From the NCBI RefSeq assembly GCF_018977255.1, contig NW_024704743.1, forward strand, positions 25,174,001-25,238,000: a stretch of DNA of 64,000 nt, in the 5' to 3' direction. A program made the translations under genes and the position numbers. Positions 52,635-64,000 of this stretch are shown here, one piece after another. Source of the stretch: Callorhinchus milii (Eukaryota). Below the pieces are notes generated by a model. It saw only the letters and a program-made list of their open reading frames with translations, was not told the origin of the DNA and searched no databases. Each line of letters begins with the position of its first letter. The first letter of the stretch is position 1.

Positions 52635-53062
52635 TAGATGACGCTCTGGATTTACACGCTGTCTCTCCATCTCTGGGACATAACATGAGTTTGAATCCAG
52701 TTCAGATGGATGGCGGATGACAAGACCACTTCTCTGTTGGTTGTAAGGTCCAATGTAAAATTAGTTTGACCTGCCTCAATCTAACTGTGGTGTTAGTCCA
52801 CAGCACAAAACTGTCCACAAGCCAGCATTAGTTTGGCAACCTAAGTCAAAGGGGCCATAAGAACAGATGGAGTGAGAAGTGGAAATGCCATTTTGGACGT
52901 GCTTCTGAGGTTGAGGTTAAGGCACATTATTGTGGCAGAGTGGAGGAAGGATTACTCTGGATTTGGCTGTGCCTGATCTGGGAATGCTTGATGTTGACAC
53001 TGGAGATTCAATTCTACTTCTGCTCAGTGCTGAACTATCCCGAGCTTTTTTTTAAAAAAAAA
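52635..53062 (+). mobile_element. LF-SINE-like ancient SINE
   Basis: Ordered motifs gtttgaatccag, tgtaaaattagtttg, gtccacagcacaaaac, gcattagtttggcaacc, ggggccat and gaggttaaggcacatt...ggcagagtggaggaag resemble the LF-SINE consensus as recalled; A-run at the end. Confidence 0.6.
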
Positions 53063-54509
53063 GTACATATGTATGTCTGTCTTTTCTGCCCAGCCACCAG
53101 AGAGTGAAAAGCAATTGGTTAATTGAGAATGTTTCAGTCCAGATTCAGGGAATCGTCTCCTCGTCTTCACCCTCCGAGGTCAAAGCTTCTCATAACCAAA
53201 CCTGGAAAATTGAAACGAATGAAATATAATGATTAATAACCTATTATTACTTTGATAACGTAGAAAAACGCAGAAGTGGTGATGCGATCATGATACATGA
53301 CGGAAGACATTCTTTTTAGAATTTATTTACTTCGGTCCAAATTTTTTAAAAACCATAATAAACGTGGTTGAGAATTAATCTTAGCCGGTGTGTTTACAGC
53401 ATTGTCGTTTTTCTCAGTATCCATCCCAGTTCTTTTCTGCCTAAAGCCTGGTTTGCCTGTTTGCCTTCCGGTGTGCTTTGACCTGTCAGTTGTTCTGCAC
53501 TCTGACATAGTTTAGGCCAATGCATATCGGGTCATTGCAATAGGCCAAAGAGTGTTACTGCAACCCTCATGTGGTTGAGCTCCTTAAACACACTTCTGTA
53601 CCTATCCAGGACAATGTTATAAATGTGGATTTTATCAGGAGGAATGTTTCTAAACCTAATCTCTCTAGTTGGACAAAAATGAATTGGTGACTTTGCCAGG
53701 AACAGGTGCACAGTGGGAAAATAAAATCACTCATGCATGTAGTTCATTCCAGCAGTTAACTTATCACAATGACAGGACAAATCCTACGATGTAGAAAACA
53801 AATTTTCAGCACAGGAGGACGTGATTCGGGCCATCAATATATAATATATATTACATAGTAATATAATATTAATATATTCTAGTTTTAACTTAATTCTCTG
53901 ATGCCTTCGATATTGTTACTGAATGCACCTTTGCTGTGTGATGTGTCTTGTGTATAAAACAAAGTCGGACGTCATCTTACCATGATTGCTCAATTTATCT
54001 CATCTCTGCTCTTTTTTCAAGCTAACTCATTTTTTGCACTAGGGACCTTAGCGCTTTGCTCGGTTTCTAAAGAAATAAACACTGATAAACACATAACAGA
54101 GGGCAGAACAACTTTCTGAAAAGTTATGGTCAAGTACTGTGGCTTTGCTGGTGACCATCTTCAGCTTCTGTTGCAGGAGCAAGAGTTAAATTGTCACAGT
54201 AATGCAGTAAGCTTACTGAATTAGCCATAAGTCAATTTTATTTTATAAAAATAGGCATAATTTCTATTTTTCCCCTTTCTCTTCTCTCCACATGTATGCC
54301 CAATAACACACAGCCCTGCCTCTCAACTTCCACTCTCAATTATAGGACTGTTGTTATTCTGTCCAACTGTCTGTCAAAGATCAAGACCTGGAGGACTATT
54401 CTCTCAGCTCAACGCCTACAAAACTGAAACTCTCTCGTTTGGCTCTCGTCCAACAGCATAGCAATTTTACTGTCTTTGATATCCAACCCAGCTTTGAATT
54501 TATATGTCA

Positions 54510-54900
54510 CGGCAGCACTAGTTGGGCAATGGTTAGAGTAGAAGCTCATGGACTGGGAGCTCGCTGGTTCAAATTCCATGTGCTGAGTTTGTCGGTACCA
54601 GTCAGGCCTGCGGGATAGGGTTAGGTCGGGTAGAGGGACAAATTGGCCTGGGGTTTGCCAGGGGTAGGGCGGGAAAGCTAGCCAGGGTTCCTAGTCCTGC
54701 TCTCTTTGTAGCACTCTCTAGTTGTTGTTGACGTGTGTGGTGGCTGGATGGGAAGATGCTGTGACGCCGTCTTCTGTCAAGTTATTTATTGTTTGGGAGG
54801 GTTCACAGAGGCCAACTGGTGCCCCTGAAAATGCAGCCCAGAAGGGTTAAAGGACTAGAGGCAAATGCCAAGGGGAGAAAATTAGTAAATAATTGAATGT
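54510..54900 (+). mobile_element. tRNA-derived SINE (third family)
   Basis: A/B-box-like gggcaatggttag...ggttcaaattcc, with body caaattggcct...agccagggttcctagtcctg. Confidence 0.65.
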
Positions 54901-55544
54901 TAAATTTTAATAAGAATTATTGTGTCTTCTCAGAGTCAGTTCAAGCTCCAGGTAGGACATTGCTTACATTCCCCCATCTTCTTCCAGGAAGCTTCATTTT
55001 CTGCAGATCACATTTTGAATAAGGTTTCTGTATCTATTTTCTTTACAAAAAGTTGCTGCGAACCATTTTGTTGTGGGAGAGTAAGGAACAGAACAAAAGC
55101 TGACTGTGAATGTAATGCCTGACCAAAGGAAATAGTATTGATCTATCTATCAGTCTCCCAGCTTGCAATTTGTTGCCCAAAGTGCATTTAAGTGTCACAA
55201 TGGATGTTCTTTGTCAGTGAGTTTTGTTTATTCCAGGAAGTCATTGACAGCAGAGCCTAATTTGTTTTAGTGACAAAATCGTACAAAGCTCTTATCTCGA
55301 AAAACAAGGCAAGAAATGTGTGCATTAATGTGCATTGCCAGAGTTAGGTTTTATCATGGACCTCATTGCATTTTGAACATTTCTAGCCTCGCTTATATTT
55401 TAATGCATTGTGCCACTTAGTTGAGAACAGTTGAGTACTAAGATATTGGATTCTGAAAGGCAGAGAGTACAAACCATGATGTGTGTGTACTGAACTCTTG
55501 TCTGGAAGTTTCTTTTTGGTTTTAAATTGTGATCAAATTCACAA

Positions 55545-55820
55545 AGGAAGCAGGAGGTCATCGCAGGAAACCACTATCCTGTCCTCACCCAGTCTCCATC
55601 TTGTGACCTCCAGCAGGATTCAGCTGAATAGTGATCAAAACAGAAACTAGATGATTTTTATGCCCCATCCTAACCCAGGACCTTGAGATCTATTGTAGAA
55701 CATCTAGTATCACACATAGCTAAATCAGCACAGATCAGGAGCATCAAAGCTATGATCTTACTGGTTCATGGCCTTTATGGCTTAGATGCTCACTGAATAA
55801 ATACACTGAGCCATCAGCAG
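55545..55820 (-). mobile_element. tRNA-derived SINE (third family), inverted relative to the copy at 54510
   Basis: atcctgtcctcaccc...gtgatc...tgattttt...cctaacccagg...gctaaatcagcacag...cactgagccatcag. Confidence 0.55.
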
Positions 55821-56427
55821 AGAACGTAATGCACTTTTTAAAAATAATTGAACATTTGCTTCTAAAAGGAAGCAAAAACATTCACGTGCCTTAAAGTTGA
55901 ACTTTCTAAAGTTTTTGCCATCTCTTCCCTTCTCTTTCTCTCCCCATCTGATTTGCCCACCATTCTTCTACTGATACACACTAAACTACACTTTACACTA
56001 AACGTGCTGTGAAGCATTTGAGACACTGCGATAACATAAAGTGCTATATCAGATGCAAGGATTATTGTCATAATAGAAGCTAAGCAAGTCATAGAAAGGT
56101 CCAGATAACTATGATTTGACAGCCTAGTTTGATAAAGAGGTTGGTGCAATTTATGTTCAGCCTGCCTTGCACCTTGTTTTTAAGGATCCTTAAGAAGTTA
56201 GTGTATTGTGAGGTGTGTGTTACAGTGGCAGATGCATCAACAACACGAAAAAGTCAGAATATTCAAGGTTCAGCTCAGTATTTTGTAACTTGAAACTCTA
56301 TTGTTGTTATAAAGTAGCAAATTGAAGGTTCCTAACCATCAAAGGTTGCTTTGCTCAGCGAGATGTGGAGCCCATTTTAGTTGGGAGAAAATCTGATATC
56401 ACTGCGCAACATTGACATGAATGATTG

Positions 56428-56435
56428 TACGGGTT
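56428..56435 (+). promoter_or_regulatory. miR-99/100 seed match
   Basis: TACGGGTT is complementary to nt 1-8 (AACCCGUA) of miR-100-5p and lies in the putative ZNRF2 3'UTR. Confidence 0.45.
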
Positions 56436-58665
56436 TCTATTTAATATCCCTTTCCATGCTGTCAGTGGACTTGTTTCAATGCAGGGAATATTCTCGTCAT
56501 TTGTGGACCTGGTCTATTTAACCCACTTAGCGTTGGTGCTTGGGGTTGGGGGTGGGAAGGTTGGTATGAGACTGAATCTATTCATTAAGTAATTCCTGTT
56601 AGTAAGTGTGTGCTATTTTTACTTGGGTTTTATACTTTTCTCTTGGTTGGTGGATCCCCAGGTACAATTTCATCTTGCATAAGGAGGTTGTCAGTTTGCC
56701 TCAATCTGTTGTACAGAAAGGTTATTTTCCCATGTTACCTTTCATATACTGCAGTATATACCCTTCAGCCTCCAGCGCCTAGGGATGTCCTCTTTACGTT
56801 AAAGGCGCTATACAAATGTAATTTGTTGTTGTTCATGTCTCGTAATTATTTGCATGTTTTGAGTGTGTCGCTCGACACTGTGTTAAATATTATGCCAAGC
56901 CAGTGCCATTCATTTTTAAACCATAGCTACACAAAGAGTTGGGACACTAGCTTCATTAATAAGAAAGATTAGTAGAGATTTACATCAGAAACCGGCTTCT
57001 TATACTTTGAACATTGCAAATAATACCTAGAGGTAGACGTTAAAACCCCCAACATTATTTTAAAAACTCCCATTTATCTTTATTTGTGGACTCTCTTTAT
57101 CCAAATTCACCCCAAATTTTAAATCAATTGACTATTCATCCGGCCCAGATTGGCTGCCTCATTGGTCCACTTAACAGTCAATTCACTTTACAATATATTA
57201 TGTGAAGCACTTTGAGACGTCTCAACGACATGATAGGGCACTCTATCAAATGCAAAGATTATGGTCTGTAAAGTGTTTTTGAGAGCTTTCATGTGAATGG
57301 TGCTACAAAAATGTAAGTTGTTGCCATGACTGACACCTCCTTCCAATGGTTACATTGTGTGCCCCCGGAAGACAGCTAGATAATCTTAAATGGATAGGAC
57401 TGGACATGGTCGTCATTCCGCTGTTAATCCCTTAGTACCTCTTCCCTCCCTCCCCAAGAGAAGTAAAAGTTTACTGCTGTTTTTCAAAGTTTGGGAAGCC
57501 ATGCACACTCAAGTCTCCATTGTCTGTGGTGCAAAGAGTGAATACTCAGACCAGCTCAGTTATATGCCATTTCATGTTTGCCACCTTGTCAATCTCCACT
57601 GCATTGATTATTATCTACTTTAGTAGTCTGTGCATAATACAGGATACTCCGACATGCCTTCACTGTGTGGGGCAGCAAGTTATCCTTCCGTAGTTTTTAT
57701 CCCAATCCCTGGGCTGTGTTAGGAGGTGGTTTCTCCTCAGTTTGGTGCTTGGTGTAGAATCTCTGTTGAATGTCCATAGATAGTCAGCATTGGTTTAAAT
57801 TTGACTTCTGCAAAGTCAAGTGACAAACTGATTCATGAGTACCCTTTCTGTGCTCATTATAGACAAATGATGGAGAGAGCACGAGAGGTGTTTAAAAACA
57901 TCTTGCTGTGAGCACAATGAGTTTCACCCAAGCCCTCGGACAATTTACATGTCCTGAAGTACCAGCCTGAGTCCTCGGTATATTTTGTAATGAAGTTGAT
58001 TTTAAAAAAAAGCCATGGTACATTATCAAATCATTACTACGTCACAGTGTTTGGAAGACAGGGTGAGAGGGCCTTGATGTAAAACTCATTCAGTCCTAGT
58101 TCAATATACTATGCAGAAATCTACAATACTGAAAGAAATTCAGTGCACTTCCAAGTGCTTAATAAAGTGCTTGTTTTATTTTATGTTTGTAACAATTCTG
58201 TGGGACTTTTTAGTTTTCCTCCATAAATATTTTACCTGAACACAATAAAAAGCAATAGTCTGACTTACATGGGTTGGATTTTAAAATAAATGAACGTAAA
58301 GCATCTTGCAAGGTTTGTCATTTGTAGAATGGCTGTGAAAAATGCAATGTCGACTGCAGACTATCTGCACTGGACAGTCATGGACCTATGTGTTCCTTAC
58401 CTAGAACTGCAATAACCAGAGCGTAAATCAAGAACTCATGCTACACAATGGTTGATCTGAAACAGCTCACTATTTAAAATGCTGTTTGTAAATTTTGTAA
58501 TGATACAGATTTGCATTTGATTCAAAGAAAAATCTCTTGACAAGTTATACTGGGTTAATTATGATGGGTTGATGCTTCATAGATGAGCAAGAACTATTTT
58601 TTTAAAGAATTATGGCCATCAGTGTAATAACATTCCATATATGTAAAATATGTACAGATGTATGT

Positions 58666-58671
58666 AATAAA
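58666..58671 (+). terminator. Candidate distal poly(A) signal of ZNRF2
   Basis: AATAAA preceded by five TGTA motifs within ~45 nt, CA at 58689-58690, and downstream ttttattc...tgttgtctgtctttt. Confidence 0.6.
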
Positions 58672-59074
58672 TCTTTTGAGACAATATCCACGTTGCTGAG
58701 ATTTTATTCAATGTTGTCTGTCTTTTCCCCTGTTCTATCTCCTGTCAGAATTATTCAATGGATGAGTTGGAATTAGCAGCAACAAACATAAGTGCATTTG
58801 AAAGTTAGGAGGCTGGGTACCCTTTTCAAAGAGCAGTTGTAGTTTTGCAGAGATTAATGCATTTCTAATGTACTCTGGATGATCCTCTTGAAAACAGCCA
58901 ATTGTAGAAGAAGAGGAGCCAGAACGAACTCAGCTCTTTAGTTTCCAATCAGTCAAGCGCAAGAGATTGAATGCTGCTCACACCCTGGCAACATGTTGTT
59001 GTGCAGCCTGTTGATGTTGATGTGCTGATATGGCAATCGGTGGCACTGTCTTTGTTACAAGTTAATGAACTGTT

Positions 59075-59625
59075 TTATAACAACAAGTTGCATTTATGTA
59101 GCGGCCTTCATGCAGGGTAGCATCTTGGAGCGCTTAAAAAATGGTGGAGCCTTGGCGCCAAGCTGGGGAGAGGGGGAGTTGACTTTAGGCACAATCGAAG
59201 AGGAAGGTCTTCAGGTGTGGAAGGTGGTGGGATTGAGGAAGAAACTGCCATACTTTTGGGGTCTAGTGGCTGAAAGCACGGTTGCCGATGGAGCGTTGGG
59301 GATGATGGTCGTGCAGGAGGCTAGAGCCAGCTGAGCGAAGGTAGTGAAGAGGGGTGTAAGCAGTTCACAGAGGTAGGGAGATATTAGGGCATGAAGCGAT
59401 TTGTCGGTGTGTGTAAGGATCTTGAAATTGATCCATTTTGCAATAGGGAGCCAGTGGAGCCTGGCAAGGACTGGGGTGATTGGGGATTTTTGATGTGTGT
59501 GAGGATATGGATGACAGAGTTTAGAATTAATTGGATTATATGAATGGTTGAGCTGGGGAGACTGGCGAGGAGGGCATTGGAATAATAGAGCCGGGAGGTG
59601 ACAAATGTGTGAATAAGGGTTTTGA
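59075..59625 (-). mobile_element. L2 LINE 3' portion
   Basis: aacaacaagttgcatttatgtagcg tail. The reverse strand has THITPVLARLHWLPI...INFKIL. Confidence 0.85.
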
Positions 59626-59831
59626 GATCTTTATCAGACTAAACACCTCTCAACCCTTTCTGATCATTTATTAAGATGAGGCTATTAAGGCACTACTGGG
59701 GAATAATGATTAACAGCCTAGCTGTATATCCTGTGAAGATTTGAGATGTCCTCCCCATGTGAAGAGTCAATTTCAAGAATTATTATAATGGCCACAATCA
59801 ACATGCACATTTTTGAGGTGTGTAAACATAC

Positions 59832-59837
59832 TTTATT
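59832..59837 (-). terminator. Candidate proximal poly(A) signal of NOD1
   Basis: AATAAA on the minus strand about 105 nt past the NOD1 stop. Confidence 0.4.
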
Positions 59838-59942
59838 AATCCCAATATACAGGCAGGTGTTTATCGTGCTGTAAATGACCTATCATTCCTGTCAAATCCT
59901 TCAGTTTCCAGGAGATTTGAAACACGGGGTTCCTGGAGGAAT

Positions 59943-60012
59943 CTAGATTCTGATGCGTCTGTCTTTTACAAGAATCTCAATGTCTTCTGTGGGGATTCTG
60001 TTATTCTTTAGG
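59943..60012 (-). CDS. NOD1: NOD1 terminal coding exon (end of LRR)
   Basis: Minus-strand acceptor ccatttcctttcag. Reads (C)LKNNRIPTEDIEILVKDRRIRI*, aligning with the recalled human end CLNGNLIKPEEAKVYEDEKRIICF. Its phase fits the upstream exon. Confidence 0.85.
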
Positions 60013-61040
60013 CTGAAAGGAAATGGCACAAAATTTTACAATTGGTTATCTTTCTTTTCAGTACATGATATGAGGAAGGATTCTTTCCTCTTCTCCAGTC
60101 TGCCTTTATCTCGCTCCCTCCCTTCCCCAATCCCAATCCAAAAGCAATGGCTAAACTTGTTGCCTGATCTAAAGGGAAGCAGCTGCTCTTCACACAGCTG
60201 TTAAACAGTGATTCTGGTCGTGAATACAAGAGGGGCAGGCAATGATTGAACGGTCCCATTATAACAGGATAGAAAACAAGTAATGGCAATTTGAAACCTC
60301 CCCAGCGCTGTCTAGAGGAGTTAGCAACCAGCTCACACACAGCACCGGCTGGATTGGGCCTTTGGGTATTCATGATGATATGATTGTCAGCAACTGACAG
60401 TGACTGGGGGAAGATAGGCATGTACCAGCTTTTGTGTCTGGTCATTCTGGCACTGCCCTAACTAAAAACAGTTAGCAGGTGGCTAGGGCTAGAGGGGGCT
60501 CAACCCCTCCTCCCAATCGTTCTTCACCTCACCTCTACTTAGCGGGTGGACCTGTCTGTCAAGCCAGTGGCTCACTTGTCTTAAAGGGGACCGACCCTCA
60601 AACCCTCCCACCCCACCCCAAGAATATTGTCATCCATCATCTATGAATAAAGCTGATGGAAATTCTGATTCTCGAGTCCAATTCTTTGCTGTCTCTTGAT
60701 CTCCAACCCACACCCCCATCTCGCCTCAGTGGATAGACTAATGATTTTGTTGTTGTTGTCGTTGTCTGGTGGTACATTATACTTGTGTTTCCTCTGAGGA
60801 AAATTAACCCACATTTTATCGTGCAACATTTGCCTTGGTGGGTGGGACGTAGAGGGGATTGGAGAGGAGGGAGAATACTCACGATAGGGAATATAAATGA
60901 AGGCACGTGAGTCTTGGCGAATTCCTGACCCTCGTTCAGGCAATTTAATGAGTTATTTTATGCCTTTCAATTTCAGTGATGGATGAATCATCCTAAGGTC
61001 ACTGAAGCAATGGAATAACTTATTGAAATTTTAGCCTTAC

Positions 61041-61124
61041 CAGATCTCCTCTATAGCTCTATTTTCTTCCAGTGACTCCAGCAGGTAGGTAGCTCCACGT
61101 GTTGTTATTTCATTTTCAATCAAC
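61041..61124 (-). CDS. NOD1: NOD1 penultimate exon, one 28-aa LRR (84 nt)
   Basis: Acceptor tttgcag and donor TG|gtaagg, exactly 84 nt. Reads LIENEITTRGATYLLESLEENRAIEEI(C), versus recalled human LIQNQITAKGTAQLADALQSNTGITEIC. Confidence 0.88.
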
Positions 61125-61864
61125 CTGCAAATTCATTGGGATGTTTGTGATTGTCTGAGCTGACACAGGCGCTATATCCAATTCTAACTGCAATACTTCC
61201 TCTGAACATTAACAACAGCTGCTGATCAAGCAGATGCTGTTTTTGTTTCAGATTTCCAGAATTCACATTTTTTTCTCTTTATCGCAAAGCACATTTCCGT
61301 TAAGTGTGAGGGTGACAAATTGTGACATCTCAAGGCAGATTCAATTGTACCTGTTATGGAGGCATCGCAGTGTTCCATTTATTTTAAAGACAGGCTGTAA
61401 AAATCTTCAGCACAAAGATTGGGTCTGAAGATTTCAATTCCAAAGGGATGGGTAGAACAATGTGCCATTTCATAACGTTCGCTGTGACAATTCTCATTGA
61501 ATCTATTATGAAATAGCACTTTTTTTCACCCCTGTACCTTTTTTAAAAGTGGTGAAAAAAAAATAATTGCTTGCATTGTCTTTGCAAGAAGAATCCAAAC
61601 TCACAACTGCCTGCATTTAGTCCAGCTATTTACCAGGTTTTATGTGTTTGAATGGGGTTCACTCTCTGACCACCCAAGAAACACGTGCACAGCCTGACAA
61701 GATGTAAAAGAGCTGAGATTTATTGATGTAATCTTCCTTTAGTTATGTTTCATTGTAAGCTGTTGGATTGGTCAAATGCTATGAACTGTACATCCGACAG
61801 GTTGGTTTAAGATAATTATACCAGGGGCTGATCTACTAATTCACCACAGTACAGTATTTGCAAC

Positions 61865-63480
61865 TAACATAAAATAACATGTAGGAGCAGGAGTAGGCCA
61901 TTCGGCCCTTCGAGCCTGCCCCGCCATTCAATCATGACTGATCTTCTAACCTAACTCCAGCTAATAACCTGACCCTGCCTTATCCCCATATCCCTTAATC
62001 CCTTTTGCAATTAGAAATCTATCTATCTCAGTCTTGAATATGTCCAAGGACTGAGCATCAACAGCCCTTTGGGGTAGTGAGTTCCATACATTCACCAGTG
62101 AGTGGAGTGAAGAAGTTGAGTGAAGAAGTTCTTTCTCAACTCTGTACGAAAGGGTTGGCCTCTGATTTTAAGGTTGTGACCCCTGGTTTTAGTTTCTCCA
62201 ACCAGGGGAAACAATCTCCCACTATCTACTCTTTCATGCCCTTTGATGATCTTATAGGTTTCTATAAGATCCCCTCTAATTCTTCTATATTCTAGAGAAT
62301 ATAGGCCCAAATTGGTCAGCCTATCCTCGTAACTCATCCCCTTCATCCCTGGTACTAACCTAGTAAATCTACGCTGCACCCCCTCCAAGGCAAGTACATC
62401 CTTCCTTAAATAAGGAGACCAAAACTGGACACAGTATTCCAGGTGTGGTCTCACCAGGGCCCTATACAGTTGCAGCAAGACTTCCCTACTCTTATACTCT
62501 AATCCTTTCATAATGAATGCTAACATACCGTTCGCCTTCCTAATTGCTGCTGCACCTGCAGACTAACTTTCTGTGATTGGTGTACAAGGACACCCAAGTC
62601 CCTCTGGACGCTAACACATTCCAATCTCTCCCCTTCTAAAAAATAACCCGCTCTACTGTTTTTGCTACCCAGGTGGATGACTTTGCACTTCCCTACATTA
62701 TACTTCATCTGCCACCTACCTGCCCAATCACCTAACCTATCTATGTCTCGCTGCATTTTTTTAATGTCATCCTCTGTGTTGACACTTTCTCCTAGTTTTG
62801 TGTCATCCGCGAATTTAGATATATTAACTTTGATGTCCTCATCTAGATCGTTGATGTAGATGGTAAATAGCTGAGGCCCAAGGACTGATCCTTGTGGCAC
62901 TCCACTAGTCACATCCCGCCAATCTGAAAAGGACCCGTTTATCCCTACTCTTTGTTTCCTACCCGTTAACCATTCCCCAATCCACGTTAATATGCTCCCC
63001 CCAATTCCATGGGCCCTTATCTTTTGGACTAACCTTTTATGCGGCACCTTATCGAATGCCTTCTGGAAGTCCAAATAGACCACATCCACTGATTCACCCT
63101 TATCTAGTTTACTCGAAATATCCTCAAAGAAACTCTGAGATTAGTCAAACATGACTTCCCTTTTGTAAAGTCATGTTGACTTGACCTAATTATATTGTGC
63201 TCTCCTAAATACCACACTACCACATCCTTAATCAATGATTCTAAAATTTTTCCTATCACTGATGTGAGACTAACTGGCCTATAGTTCCCCATCTTTTCCT
63301 TTCCACCTTTTTTAAATAGTGGTGTGACATTTGCGATCTTCCAATCCATGGGGACTGTTCCAGAATCCAAGGAATTTTGGAAGATCAGACATAAGGCCTC
63401 CACTATCTCATAAGCTACCTCTTTTAAAACCCTGGGATGCAAGCCATCCGGACCAGGGGATTTGTCACTTTTTAGTGCTA
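61865..63480 (-). mobile_element. 5'-truncated CR1 LINE (RT domain to 3' end), relatively intact
   Basis: ORFs 63104-63442, 62520-63089 and 62092-62526 carry NYRPVSLTS, YLDFQKAFDKVPH, GVPQGSVLGP, FADDTKL and RPHLEYCVQFWSP with only a few frameshifts; CR1 3'UTR on the left. Confidence 0.96.
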
Positions 63481-64000
63481 ACAGTAATAACTACTTTAGT
63501 TTTGTTGCATTTGTCTACAAATTGCAATTATTACACTTTACAGTATATCTGTGAAATACTTTGAAATGTCCTCCTGACGCGCGTGAAAGGCTGCGTGCCA
63601 AATGTAAAGATTATTATTATTTATCCTATCCAAATATTACAGCACGTGATCTCCATACATTTGAGCTACACTCATTTAACAAATTTTGTTTTGAAGCTAC
63701 ACTGTAAAATAGAGAGAACCTTACAGAAATAAACCCGGCTAGCTCTACTGCCTTTACAGCAGGGAATGGACATGGTACCGCAGGATAAAGGTATAAATCT
63801 TGAGAGGTTCAGATTATTGTTAATAATAATAACAATAATATTGGATAAGTTAGACCCTTTGACCCATTTGATCTCATCCTTCTAGAACACCCCCTTTACC
63901 ATCTGCCCATCATAGCATCAAGCGGTTTTGTCCTTGTCTCAACCACCCTTCCTGGCAACCTGTTCCAGCTGTTAATTAATGTAAAGAAAACTTTCCTGTG

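Larger units (their letters stand above)
51885..58690 (+). other. ZNRF2: Putative non-coding last exon / long 3'UTR of ZNRF2
   Basis: Strong acceptor cttctcacttattttgtttttgttccttcaacag|G. The distal end has a TGTA cluster, AATAAA at 58666 and a U/GU-rich downstream tract. Continuity over 6.8 kb is inferred. Confidence 0.55.

Noticed and set aside
61634..61717. Candidate further NOD1 LRR exon (TG|gtaaat donor on the minus strand)
   Set aside because: There is no AG acceptor at 84 nt and no LRR-like translation; the next exon probably lies beyond the window.
526..63564. Most 60-155 aa ORFs in the supplied track as genes
   Set aside because: They have no recognisable domains. They are chance ORFs or pieces and antisense frames of LINE, SINE or transposon sequence in intronic DNA.
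1..64000. CRISPR array, operon or retron-like RT system
   Set aside because: The DNA is eukaryotic. Recurrent sequences are dispersed SINE/LINE copies rather than regularly spaced repeats, and all RT motifs belong to CR1 or L2 LINEs.

Overview
Vertebrate nuclear DNA, not prokaryotic. The repeat content (CR1 and L2 LINEs, Deu-domain and other tRNA-derived SINEs) suggests a cartilaginous fish, possibly a chimaera; this is an inference. Two convergent spliced genes are visible whose exons are too short to appear in their true frame in the ORF track. On +, ZNRF2 (E3 ligase) has RING exons at 41039-41144 and 47269-47326, a likely non-coding last exon from 51885, and a putative ~6.8 kb 3'UTR ending near 58690. 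On -, the last two LRR exons of NOD1 lie at 61124-61041 and 60012-59943. The first ~41 kb appears to be ZNRF2 intron densely filled with retroelements. Other elements are a decayed pogo/Tigger transposon with TIRs, two MITEs, a strong CTCF-like motif and an 18-bp perfect hairpin. The most notable observations are in the ZNRF2 3' region: an LF-SINE-like element, a miR-99/100 seed site, a post-stop intron placed inside the NMD-safe distance, and face-to-face ZNRF2/NOD1 poly(A) signals 31 nt apart. I found no convincing new multi-gene system. Family names and human comparisons come from memory of consensus sequences, not from searches, and repeat boundaries are approximate.
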